Shown here in pieces: positions 18,545-29,566 of a stretch of 64,000 bases of DNA (positions are counted from its first letter, which is position 1; every line of letters begins with the position of its first letter). Position numbers and translations under genes: made by a program. The notes beneath the pieces were generated by a model. The model was not told the origin of the DNA. It searched no databases and saw nothing but the letters and a program-made list of their open reading frames with translations. This stretch comes from Salpingoeca rosetta (Eukaryota > Protista > Choanoflagellata). The stretch is taken from positions 768,719 to 832,718 of the forward strand of contig JAWQFM010000007.1 of assembly GCA_033442325.1 (NCBI GenBank). The letters run 5' to 3'.

Positions 18545-18826
18545 GCACACACACACACACACACACACACAGACGCACACACACACACACACGGACATAC
18601 ACAGACGCACACCCCCCCCCCCCTCACCCACTCGCCAACCAACTCTCTTCTCCGTGCTCATGCACACAATTGCAGGCAGAAAGAGCTTGCGAGTGTCAAG
18701 GTGAAGGAGGAAGACATTGACTTGATTGCGGAGCAGATGGAAACCACAAAGAAGCAGGCAGAACAGGTCTTGCGTGAGAACAAGGGCAGCCTCAAGGACG
18801 CACTCAAGGCCCTCCTCGTTCGGTGA
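17758..18826 (+). CDS. HYPK: Huntingtin-interacting protein K (NatA-associated, C-terminal UBA-like domain); 3 exons
   Basis: MPKKGGKK... APKHDKSKQDLARV... QKELASVKVKEEDIDLIAEQMETTKKQAEQVLRENKGSLKDALKALLVR* matches the HYPK C-terminal consensus. Confidence 0.9.
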
Positions 18827-19173
18827 TGTGATTGGCGTGCTTAGTGTCGTGTGCTGCTTCAGTGTTGTCGATTGGTGTGCGTGTTCTGTTGTGCTTGAGG
18901 TTGTGCATGCGCGATGGTGTAATGAGTTCTCTACAAGTACAAAGAACGAGCAAACGACGCAAGCAAGCAAGCTTGTGTTGCATGGAGAGGTAGCGTGTGT
19001 GTGTTGTGTGTGTGTTGTGTGTGTGTGTGTGTGTTGTGTGTGTTGTGTGTGTGTGTGTGTATGTGTGTGTGTGTGTGTGTGTGTGCTTTCATGTAGTCGG
19101 CGATTAGAGAGAATTAGACATCATGCGTGCGTGCTGCTCTGGCCATCAGGGTCTTCTCGGTGATGGCCTCGTC

Positions 19174-20136
19174 TCATTTCTGGGCACTGGCTGCGTGGCC
19201 AAGGGTTAGGTCTGACGATGAGGTCGGCACGATGTGTTGTGCTGCGGCTTTCAAGGCCTTGAGCGCCACGCGAACGGGGTGCTCGCGTTCAGCCAACACG
19301 CTGTTGAATGCTGCGTCAGTATCCTTGCAGATGACTTTCCCACTCAGCCCGCTCTGCTGCACCTCGTCCATGAAGGTGTTGTCCGGCACGAGTGCCGTAA
19401 ATCGCACGTCCACGGCCTTCACAACCGGCTCCGCAGCAATGCCGAGAACCAGGTCCCGCGCTTCCGCACCACGGAGATCGTTGTGTGCGAGAGTCACCAC
19501 CACCCCAGGCCCACCTATCGTCAGCGCCGCCCCCGTCGCTGGCGGCTGTTGCACGTCGCGAATACGCCGGAGTGTCGGCAGGAGCGCGGCCTTGTACGCG
19601 GCTGGGCCTTCGTCCCCTAGCCGGTTCCCGCTCAAGTCAATCCATTTGACACGGCGGCACCACTCCCTGTCGTGGGCGAGTTGCGTTAGGCGTCCAGCCA
19701 ACTCGTCGATGGGAATGGTCGTAGAGGTCTTGGCACAGCTGCTGGCGGCGCTGGTCGACTGAGGCTGCTGCCGCTGTTGCTGTTGTTGTTCGTGTTGCTG
19801 TGGGTGTGGGTGTGCTGGGGCCAGCGTCACTCTGCGATCAAGTGCGACGTTTCCGTAGTCGTCCAGCAGGTCGTCTGAGAGAGGCGGTGTCGCAAACAGC
19901 TCCTTGAGGGCGCGAGAAGTGTCGTCTGCGTCTGCCATTGAGGCCATGGCTTCTTCGAGCAGCTCCAGGTCGTCCTCGTTCATGTTATCTTCGAGGAAGT
20001 CCAGGAACACATCCGCTCCAATGTGCGGCAGGTGCTTTGGGTCCAAGTGCTCGACGATGCGCCGCAACACGAAGTTCCGCCTCACAGCCTCCGAACACCC
20101 GGCCCGCACAAAGGCGGCGTTGAACGCGGTATTCAT
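19174..20136 (-). CDS. Intronless hypothetical protein (~320 aa) with a degenerate leucine-rich-repeat-like region
   Basis: Clean non-repetitive ORF from ATG 20136. Contains VKWIDLSGNRLGDEG (RI-like LRR consensus), VVTLAHNDL and VKAVDVRFT. Confidence 0.65.
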   Translation of the reverse strand: MNTAFNAAFVRAGCSEAVRRNFVLRRIVEHLDPKHLPHIGADVFLDFLEDNMNEDDLELLEEAMASMADADDTSRALKELFATPPLSDDLLDDYGNVALDRRVTLAPAHPHPQQHEQQQQQRQQPQSTSAASSCAKTSTTIPIDELAGRLTQLAHDREWCRRVKWIDLSGNRLGDEGPAAYKAALLPTLRRIRDVQQPPATGAALTIGGPGVVVTLAHNDLRGAEARDLVLGIAAEPVVKAVDVRFTALVPDNTFMDEVQQSGLSGKVICKDTDAAFNSVLAEREHPVRVALKALKAAAQHIVPTSSSDLTLGHAASAQK

Positions 20137-20516
20137 AGCCGGGGGTGGAGAAAAAAGAATATGTCGTAGTGGGTGTAGCGTCGAGGGTGGAATGAATGTG
20201 ATTACACGTGATGTGATGTGACATGATGTGATGTGTGACAACACAACAGATGGAGAGCTTGCTTGCTTGCTTGGAAATATGTAGTCAGAGTTCTATCAAG
20301 TGAGGGAGGGAGGGGTAACCTTCACAGCAGGCGACATGCGGGGGGGGGGGATAACGAGCAAGATGGTGACACAAAGTCGTCACTGACAGACAGACAAAGA
20401 GACAGACAGACAGACACACAGGCAGAGACACAGGCACAGACACAGACACAGACACAGACAGGCACAGACAGACAGACAGACAGACACACACAGACAGACA
20501 GACACACACACAGATG

Positions 20517-21764
20517 TTAGTTGGCCGGCGCGAGGGCTGCAAAGGCAAGCTCCTCATATGGAGACGAGGAGCCGCGCTCATAGACAATACATGGTTCGCT
20601 GGCAGGCGTGTGGCCCATGACGGAGTACGCAGCAGGGCCGGGCCACAGCTGCTGGTACACGTGCCAGCGCATGTCATCTGAGGTGGCCACCTGCACCGTC
20701 ATGTTGACGCGGTGGGATGCCGAGTGCGGGTTGCTGAAGTAGAGGGCGCCACCGAGCCGGATCAGCCCTGCCGAGCAGACAGGCTCAATGAGCTGCGGTG
20801 CCCAATATGGGCCCTCCCACGTCACGCCGCCGTCGTGGCTGAGCGCATACGCACGGCAGCGGCACGCGTTGAGATGGCTGTTGCGCATGTTCAAGACAAG
20901 CGTGCCGTTCCAGAGTTGCACCACTTGGCACTCCTGCATCTGCGCAAACACTGAAGACGACACGTTGAAGGTGACGCCGCCATCGTCGCTGTACCACACG
21001 ACGGCGTTCATGCTGTGACCAGCATGGTAGCCCGTCGCCCCGCACCCCAAAATGCGAGCAGCTCTTTGCTGTCGCTGCAGTGAATGCAGTGGTTGCTGTT
21101 GCTTGCTCTCTGGCTCGTCTCCAACTGCGGCTGACGATGGGGGAACAACACCGCCTGCGCTGCGCGGTGCTGTGGCGAGTGCGGCGTGAGGCGGTGTGGA
21201 GAGCTGGATACCGGTGCCAGGCCCTGCCAGCACGCCTTCCCATGGGGCGAGGTTGACGCGCTCAATGCTGCTCCACGTCTTGCCGCCATTGCACGACCAC
21301 CTGTGCTGGTTGATCCACGGTTCTGGAAGGGTGGAGTTGACAAAGCCGACGACCAGCTTCGTCGCACACGCTGCAGAGCCCGGCTGCGAGACCACGGTGG
21401 CGTAGGGGTTGCGGTAGGTGTGGTTGCCCTTGTGGTTGCCAACGAGGCGGGCCAGCTCACTCCATGTCGTGCCATTGTCGTGGCTGCGTTTGTACACGAT
21501 GTCCTTGGGCGACTGGTCTGCACACGACGTGCGCCGCGCTTCCGCAAACACCAACATGGCGCCGTCCACAGTGGCGATCGTCGGCACGCGAAAGCACGAG
21601 TACGACGCCTCCCCTGCTCGAAACACCGTCGACGCTCTTCTCACCACCCCTGTAACAGCAGCCGTCGCCGCTGCCGTCGCCGTTGTCGTTGCTGTAACAT
21701 CCACCACAACTGCCACGGCCGCCACAGCCAGCAGCAGCAAAGCTTGTTGTGCCAGTGTCGCCAT
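20517..21764 (-). CDS. Secreted GH33 exo-alpha-sialidase (neuraminidase/Kdnase family), intronless
   Basis: Signal peptide (MATLAQQALLLLAVAAVAVVV); FRVP (FRIP motif); Asp-boxes SHDNGTTW, SCNGGKTW, SDDGGVTF, SHDGGVTW; catalytic-type residues in SCAD, QECQ, NMRN, HRVNM, AAYS and IVYE. Confidence 0.93.
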   Translation of the reverse strand: MATLAQQALLLLAVAAVAVVVDVTATTTATAAATAAVTGVVRRASTVFRAGEASYSCFRVPTIATVDGAMLVFAEARRTSCADQSPKDIVYKRSHDNGTTWSELARLVGNHKGNHTYRNPYATVVSQPGSAACATKLVVGFVNSTLPEPWINQHRWSCNGGKTWSSIERVNLAPWEGVLAGPGTGIQLSTPPHAALATAPRSAGGVVPPSSAAVGDEPESKQQQPLHSLQRQQRAARILGCGATGYHAGHSMNAVVWYSDDGGVTFNVSSSVFAQMQECQVVQLWNGTLVLNMRNSHLNACRCRAYALSHDGGVTWEGPYWAPQLIEPVCSAGLIRLGGALYFSNPHSASHRVNMTVQVATSDDMRWHVYQQLWPGPAAYSVMGHTPASEPCIVYERGSSSPYEELAFAALAPAN

Positions 21765-21877
21765 CGTCGTCGTTTGTAACTGGTCGGTTGATGTTGTTTG
21801 GGTTGTTGTGATGAAGATGGAAGTCTTGCATTCATCACACAACAACACTGCACACCCCAACAGTGCACACCACGGCG

Positions 21878-22230
21878 ATGGATGGCACGGGCAGTGCTGC
21901 GGTTGCGGAGCGAGGACAGCAAGGGCGGGCTGTACCCGCAGAGGCGGCAAAGGAAGAAGATGTGGTGGTGCAGTCGAGTGTGTTTCGCTTCTTTGGGGAG
22001 CTGTCGCTGGACAGCAGCGATGGCGGTGGTGTTGACGGTGATGCTTCCTCAGCAGCGAGAAGCGGCGATGACGCTCAGGATGATGACCACGCGCGCCACC
22101 TTCGAGACGGCGTGATCGCACTTCTGCAGACCCTCTCCACAACATTCGACCAGGGCGCCATCACCCCTGCAACCGTACGTGTAGATATGTGTGTGTGTGT
22201 GTGTAGCTGAGTGTGTAGCCGTGTGTGTAG

Positions 22231-22268
<38 letters not shown>

Positions 22269-23175
22269 GTGTGTGTGTGTGTAGATGTGTGTGTGTGTGT
22301 GTAGATGTGTGTGTGTGTGTAGATGTGTGTGTGTGTACATGTGTGTATAGATGTGCGTGTAGATGTAGTTGTTTGTGTGCGCTGGAAAGACTGGTGCTGT
22401 AACGGACACTCCATCGCTCACCATTCATTCTCACCAATTGTGGGGACAGTGGCATCAGCTGGCGCAAGGTCTGGTGGACGAATGCAAGGCGCGCTTGCGG
22501 GGCGACTACCTCGAGGCAGTGGAGGAGACACGCAAACGGTCAGTTAGAGAGGGATCCGTGTTGCGGGGTGGTGTCGCCGATCGTGATTGTGTCGTGTGTG
22601 AGTGTGCATGTGAGTGCGTGAGTGAGTGTGTGGTGAGTGTGCGAGCGTGTACGTGAGTACGTGCATGAGTGTGAGTGCGTAAGCGCACATGTGTGTGTGT
22701 GGGTGTGTGGGTGTTGCATTCTGCAGCCTGCTCTCATCGTTATCGTCTCGTCTTCTCTGATGTGGTGCTCCTTCGTGTGGCTTGTGGGACGCAGCTTGGC
22801 ACAGCATGTGCCGACGGAAGCGGTAAGATCATCCAGCCCATCACTGCACATGTACTTGCGCACTGTGGACAGATGGACAACCGTGTTCGCTTGCCTCCTG
22901 CCTGTCTTTGATTCTGACTGCTGCCTGCGCTGCGGTACTGTGTGCTGCTTTGCGTTCAGGTGGCCGGTGAGCCGTGTCACAACACAGCAATCGTCATATG
23001 TCCTCCATCCGAGCTGCATGCGTGTATCCAAGCCATTCGGTAAAGCGGCCGTATCGTGTGTGGCAATGATCTGACGCATTCCCACTGTCTCCATCGACTG
23101 CACCCACCCACCCACACACCCACCCACCCACACCCACACACACACACCCACACACACACACACACCACACACACA

Positions 23176-23247
<72 letters not shown>

Positions 23248-23646
23248 ATACTAATGAAGTACACTCTAAAAACAGCTTCCCCACATCCCTAGATCCACGA
23301 ACGCCTATCTCCCACCCGCACAAAAGAAATCAAGAACTCAGATAAAACGAATAGCCCCACGAATGTCTGCCAATGTATGCTATAACGACTCAATAAACAG
23401 GAGCCAGGGGCCCCGGAGTCCCGCTTCCGGTTCGTACGAGCTACTGAGGAACCTGAGCAGTACAGTTAATCAGACGCCACCCGAACCTCCGGCCAAGGAT
23501 CAGTACGAAGCTGAGCCCGCCGGAGTCTGGAAGAGTAGGCGATTCGNNNNNNNNNNNNNNNNNNNNNNNNNNNNNNNNNNNNNNNNNNNNNNNNNNNNNN
23601 NNNNNNNNNNNNNNNNNNNNNNNNNNNNNNNNNNNNNNNNNNNNNN

Positions 23647-23700
<54 letters not shown>

Positions 23701-24146
23701 CACACTGTTCCTGCTTCGCAGCCGCAAGTATGACAAGCGGCACGTGGACATCTGGCCGCCGCACATCACCCTCTTCTATCCGTTTGTGCAGCCCTCGCGA
23801 TGGCACGGTTCGTGAGGGCCCCTCCTGCGATGGTCACTGCAGCTGTAGCCATGTCTCACGTGCACATGTACCCGCAGAGTGGAGATGAAGTTAACGGGAA
23901 GAGGACAGGAACGAGACATGGCCGCACTTACATACAGACACACACACACGCACGCGCGCGCACGCGACGCAAGCCAGTTCTCACATTGATCATTTGATCA
24001 CATCACACATTGTGGGCAGAGGTAAAGGTGCGACTGGCGTCTGCGCTTCAGCGGGTGATGCCCTTCACGCTCAACCTCAACTCCTTTGGCTCCTTCAACC
24101 ACGTACGCTGCATGGATGCGCTCTCATGCTGTTGATGGTCCTCTCC

Positions 24147-24185
<39 letters not shown>

Positions 24186-24288
24186 CCCTCCCCACCTCTC
24201 TCTTTTTCACACGTATATATACACACACACACACACACACGTGCACACACACACACACACGTGCACACACACACACACACACACACGT

Positions 24289-24362
<74 letters not shown>

Positions 24363-24739
24363 ATACACACGCGCATGTGCAGGGAAAGCGGGGGCATGTG
24401 ACGTGGCTGCGGCCCGAGCCGAGCAGTGCCATTGAATCGCTGCACGCAGCAATGGTCGATACCCTCTCCCATATGGGCAGGTGGTCGAGGATGAAGCAGC
24501 CGCACATGACAGTGGCGCGGTCACAGCCAGCGCCCCTCACGCAAGAGCTGCAGCAGCACTGGACACCAATCCAGTTTGAGGGTGCGCGCGTGCGTGTGTG
24601 TGTGATTGCTTTTTGTGGTTCTGCGTGTTGCAGGCGAAGGGCCGCATGTCTTGATGTACCATTGTCGTCTCCCTGCCACTTGAATGGTGTGCTAGATGTT
24701 CAACAGGTGTTGTCATGCCCAGCTTCAGTTTAACACGTT

Positions 24740-24786
<47 letters not shown>

Positions 24787-27351
24787 AACGTGCGTGCGCA
24801 TTTGCGTGGCCACTGCTTACGCTGTGCATGTTTGGGCGTGTTTATGCCTCTGTGCTGCCACCGTTGCCAGTGGATCGCGTGTATCTGCTGCAGCGCACCA
24901 GCAGCAAGAGCCCGATGCAAGTCGTTGGCGAAATCCAGCTGGGCCGTGACAGTGGAAGTGATGATGACGGCGATGGTGGTGGTGACAGTGCACAGCAGGA
25001 GCAGCAGCAACGCCGCGGTGATGATGACGCAACTAACAGCGCTCTTCGCAGCCTCCTGCAGGTGTGTACGAGTGTAAATGCACGTGTATGCGAGAGAGAG
25101 AGAGTGTGTGTGTGTGTGTCCATGTGTGTACTTGTGCACCTGTGCGTCATTTACACATTGCCAGTGGATACAGGCGTGTGCATGTGGGTTTGCTGAGACG
25201 ACTCGGGAAATCAGCGTTGTTGTCAAACCACATCATTGGCTCACGTCAACACCACTTGCTTGAATGCGCATGCCAGGCGTTGAATGCATCCGTGCGAAGA
25301 GGAGTCATCACCCGCTCTCGAATGGTGCAGCTCAGACGGTACGCGCGTTTGACCTTCTGCCCTGTTTGGTTTGTTCTGCTGCTCTCGGCCTCTTTTCACC
25401 ACATGACACGTCCACACACACACACACATAACACACATAACACACATAGCACACATACACACATACACAAACACACACACACACATACACACACACATAA
25501 CACTCATACACACACACACACACTCATACACACACACACATTATCTCCCTTCAGGGCGCTGCTGCCGCCGCCACTCGCCGTTGCGGAGAATGACCGCCCG
25601 TCTGTGGAGGAGGAGATTGAGTTCGCTGCGCGTGTGTTTGAGTCTGATGGCGTGGAGGTGCAGGACGGCACCACCGTCATTATTACCGTCGATGGCAGCG
25701 GTGAGAATATGGCTGACATGTGGTGGGAGTGGGAGAGTGTGTGTGCGTGTGTGTGCTTGCGTGTGTGCTTGTGTGTGTGTGTGTGTGCTTGTGTGCGTGT
25801 GTGCGTGTGTGCGTGTGTGCGTGTGTGCGTGTGTGCGTGTGTGCGTGTGTGAATGTGTGAGTGCGTGCTTGTGTGTGTGTGTGTGAGTGAGTGTGTGTCT
25901 GTATGGGTGAGAGTTCAGCACTGGCGTCCTCATGCTGTCGCCCTTGGCATCAACGTTGCCTGCCTGCGTGCCACTGCCTGGGCTAGTCCTCCCCTGTCCC
26001 TCACTTGTTGCCCTTGTGCATTGGTGTGGGTCGTTGCGCGCGCGTCGCCTTTGCTTTGTTCACGCAGACGATGGTGTTCAGGCAGTTGTGGACATTTCCA
26101 TCGCATTTGACGATAACCATCCCAACGTCACTCCACGCGTCACCATCCACAGCGCACAGAACCTCACGGCTGCCCAGCAGGCCGTGCTGGCGCTTGTGCT
26201 GAACACACACACGGAGCACTGGTTCAACACACCGCTGCACCCGTTCGCCCCCGAGCAGTTTTTCGTGTTCAGCGTGTTTAACACAGCAGCGCACTTCCTC
26301 CGTGACGAGCAGAGCCGTCTTGGCACAGGTGCACGATGGTGACCCTGCCGTACCATATGATGTGATGTGATGTAATGCGATGTGTGTGTGTGTGTGTGTG
26401 GAATGCATCATGTGTTTGTGGTTCACTTCATAACAGCAGTGTGTGTTGCACAGATTGAATGCTCACGTTGTCGCGTCTGATGTTTGTTGGCCGAATTTTT
26501 GTTTTATTTCCAGTGCGAGCCGTCCACTCTGGCGGTAAGCCCTCCGTGACAGTCAACAACACCACCACCAACTACAACCACCTGCTCGAATGGAGAGACG
26601 TGAACACGAGCACCAAGCAGCAGGTGCGACAGACTGAAATGGTGGTTGACGCCAGGACAAGAGGCACCCATGCCTTACCACTTGTGTTTGTCGTCGTCGT
26701 CGTCGTCGTTGTTGTTGTTGTTGACTTGAACATAGGCGGCGTGCCTCGTTTGGATTGTCGTTGCCATCGCCACCCCCCATCATGGAACCTACCTCATCCT
26801 CCATCTCACAACTTGTCGCCACATTGATCTCAACTGCATCAATACTGTTCTGCTGCTTGATACATTGTGACACGACCACCAACCAGCTTGGGACACTCTC
26901 TGTCCGGGAATTGGACACGCTCGTCTATCGCGCTCTGCTCAAGCACATGCACACGACGTTGCGCAAGCCCACACGTGAAGGTGGACGCCAGCGCCGGTAT
27001 TCCGCTCGCCTGACACATGTCGAAAACGTCCTACACCCAACGTTGCTTGAGCGCTACAATGAGGCCGTGGCCAGGCTCCTTGACACGGGGGCTGTCCACG
27101 ACAGGTCGAACGCACATGCAGACGAGTATCCAGAGGAAATCAAGGTATTGAACGCTGCTGTTTCGTAGCGTACTAAGAAGGGGGCGTCTTTGCCTCGTGT
27201 GCTCGCAGGTGTATCGATGCAAATGAGTGCCGACCGACCACAATGGCAGGCACATTCACATGCACACACACACACACAAATGTACTCACTCACGCACGCA
27301 CACACACATGTACTCACTCACGCACACACACACACACATACACTCACACTC

Positions 27352-27415
<64 letters not shown>

Positions 27416-29161
27416 GCCAGACGCTGTTGCCGCGGTTGGCGTTCCATGGTACGTGCGAGCGAAATGTTGCCGAGAGCATTGCAAATCAGGGACTTGTCGC
27501 TCCCGGGGACTTTGACGACAGCGGACGCTACATCGGCATGAAGACAGGGTAGGATGCATACATGGACACATGTTTCTGATCCGTGTGCAATGTGATGCTT
27601 GAGTGTGTGGACGTGAGATGTGCGCACATGTTCACCATGTGAGCTGCTGTGTGCATGTGTGTGTGTGTGTGTCAGTGCCCTGTACGGTTCCGGCAGCTAC
27701 GTGTCGCCCAATCTGCTGAAGAGTCACTGGTATTCGTACCAGGACGCACGTGGACACGCGCAGGTCATATTCTGTTCCACTGCTTTGTACCACTTGGTGC
27801 TGTTGTTGTATGCACCGTGTCATCTTGAGCTTGGCCATCACGCTAACACGCAACCGAATTTACACCAATCATGCAAAACACACGCGCTGACATATCACAC
27901 GACGTACGATCACACGCACACACACAAACATACTCACTCACGCACACAAGCACACACGAACACATACATAAGCACACTCACACGCGCCCACACACACATA
28001 CATAAGCACACTCACACAAACACACACACACACACACACACACTCACTCACTCATAAACACACATGCACACCATCACTACCGCCCTGCAGATGCTGGTTG
28101 GCCTGGCCATCCCTGGCCGCTGTCGTCAGTTCACCGCCGATTCCATTTCCCAAATCAGACGTGACGGACTCGAAATCCACGATCTTGAGTGGTACGCGCG
28201 CACATGTGCAGCGATTACGGTGTGATTGTGATGGCGTGATTTGTGTGTGGTACCTTCGTCCTGCCGTGTCACGTTTGCCGCGTTTCACGCAATTGCCGCT
28301 GCCATCGCCACTGCGTGCCGTGTGTCTCCACCACAGCGACAGTCACACGGACCCGTCAAAGGAGGAGCTGATTCTGTACACATCCGACCTCTTCCTCCCT
28401 GTTCTCCTCATCGAATACGCACTCACGGATGAGCAAGTCAACCCACCCTCTGCCCCAGCCCTCAAAGGTGAGGCAGCAGACGCAAACGCTGGCTTAATTG
28501 TGGCTGCATGGGCCATTGAGAGGAATTGTCGACTGTGGTGAACACACGGTGAATTCTCTCCGATAGTAACCACGCTTTAACGGCAACGCCCCCGCCCCAC
28601 ACACGTGGCTGCATGTGTTTGCGTGCGCGTTCAGGGTCTGTGGAAGCACTCGACGATGTGCAGCAGTTTGCTGTCGCCCATCTCCTCTCCCTCCCACCGT
28701 CATCATCGTCATCATCACCATCATCATTGTCATCATCGTCGATGCCGGCGCACGGCGAGCCATCAGCGGCCAAGCAGCAGAAGCAGCAGAAGAAGAAGAA
28801 GCACGGAGGCAGCGCAGATGGCGAGAAGGGTGAAGTGAAAGGTGAGTGGAACAAGTTGATGGCGGCACTGGGTCCGCGGACGAAGCAAACACTGCAGCTG
28901 CAGCTCACACAGGAGCACTGGCTGCTCGAGCTGCGCCCCGCACTCTTCCAGCCCGCCACCATGCCGCTCCATGGTGGCGGCGGCGGCGGCGGTGCTCACC
29001 ACCACATGGTGTTGTGTCTGGCCCGTTTTCCGGACATCAAGGGCAGCATGCTTTCGGACCTTGCATCCGGCGTGGAGCTCCTCATTCGGTATCGGTGATG
29101 TTCGTGGTGGTCGTCAGTTCGTGGTGGTGTTAATTGGTGGTGGTGGTGGTGGGCACGCATC

Positions 29162-29192
<31 letters not shown>

Positions 29193-29522
29193 GCGTGTGT
29201 GTGTGTGTGTGCGTGTGTGTGTGTGTGTTGGTGCGCGCGAATGCACGAATGAAGAAACACACGTGACAGTGGTTGAGACGCAAAACCCTCCCTGCTGCTT
29301 GCCAACTCACGGTTGCTTACCACACATCGTACACCGCGCGTCGTGTCGTGTGCAGGCAATCTGGGGCGCATTCCGTGTCGGTTTTGGTGTTTGATGAAGC
29401 CAAGAACAAGACGCAGTGCCATCTCGCCCGCATGCCTGCAAGCAACGCGCTCTCCTGGCTCTCGTCCTCTGACTTCACAAGCACATTCAAGCACACGTCC
29501 ACACCAGCATCCACGTCATCAA

Positions 29523-29566
<44 letters not shown>

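Noticed and set aside
23247-23546. Atypical sequence with short ORF (MSANVCYND...) inside the giant gene
   Set aside because: It lies between (CA)n and an N gap, and the flanking 2H exons join in phase without it; probably degraded sequence.
25331-25338. Possible 8-nt microexon
   Set aside because: A longer in-frame exon from about 25277 ([21 protein letters not shown]) uses the same donor and is at least as plausible; cannot decide without cDNA.
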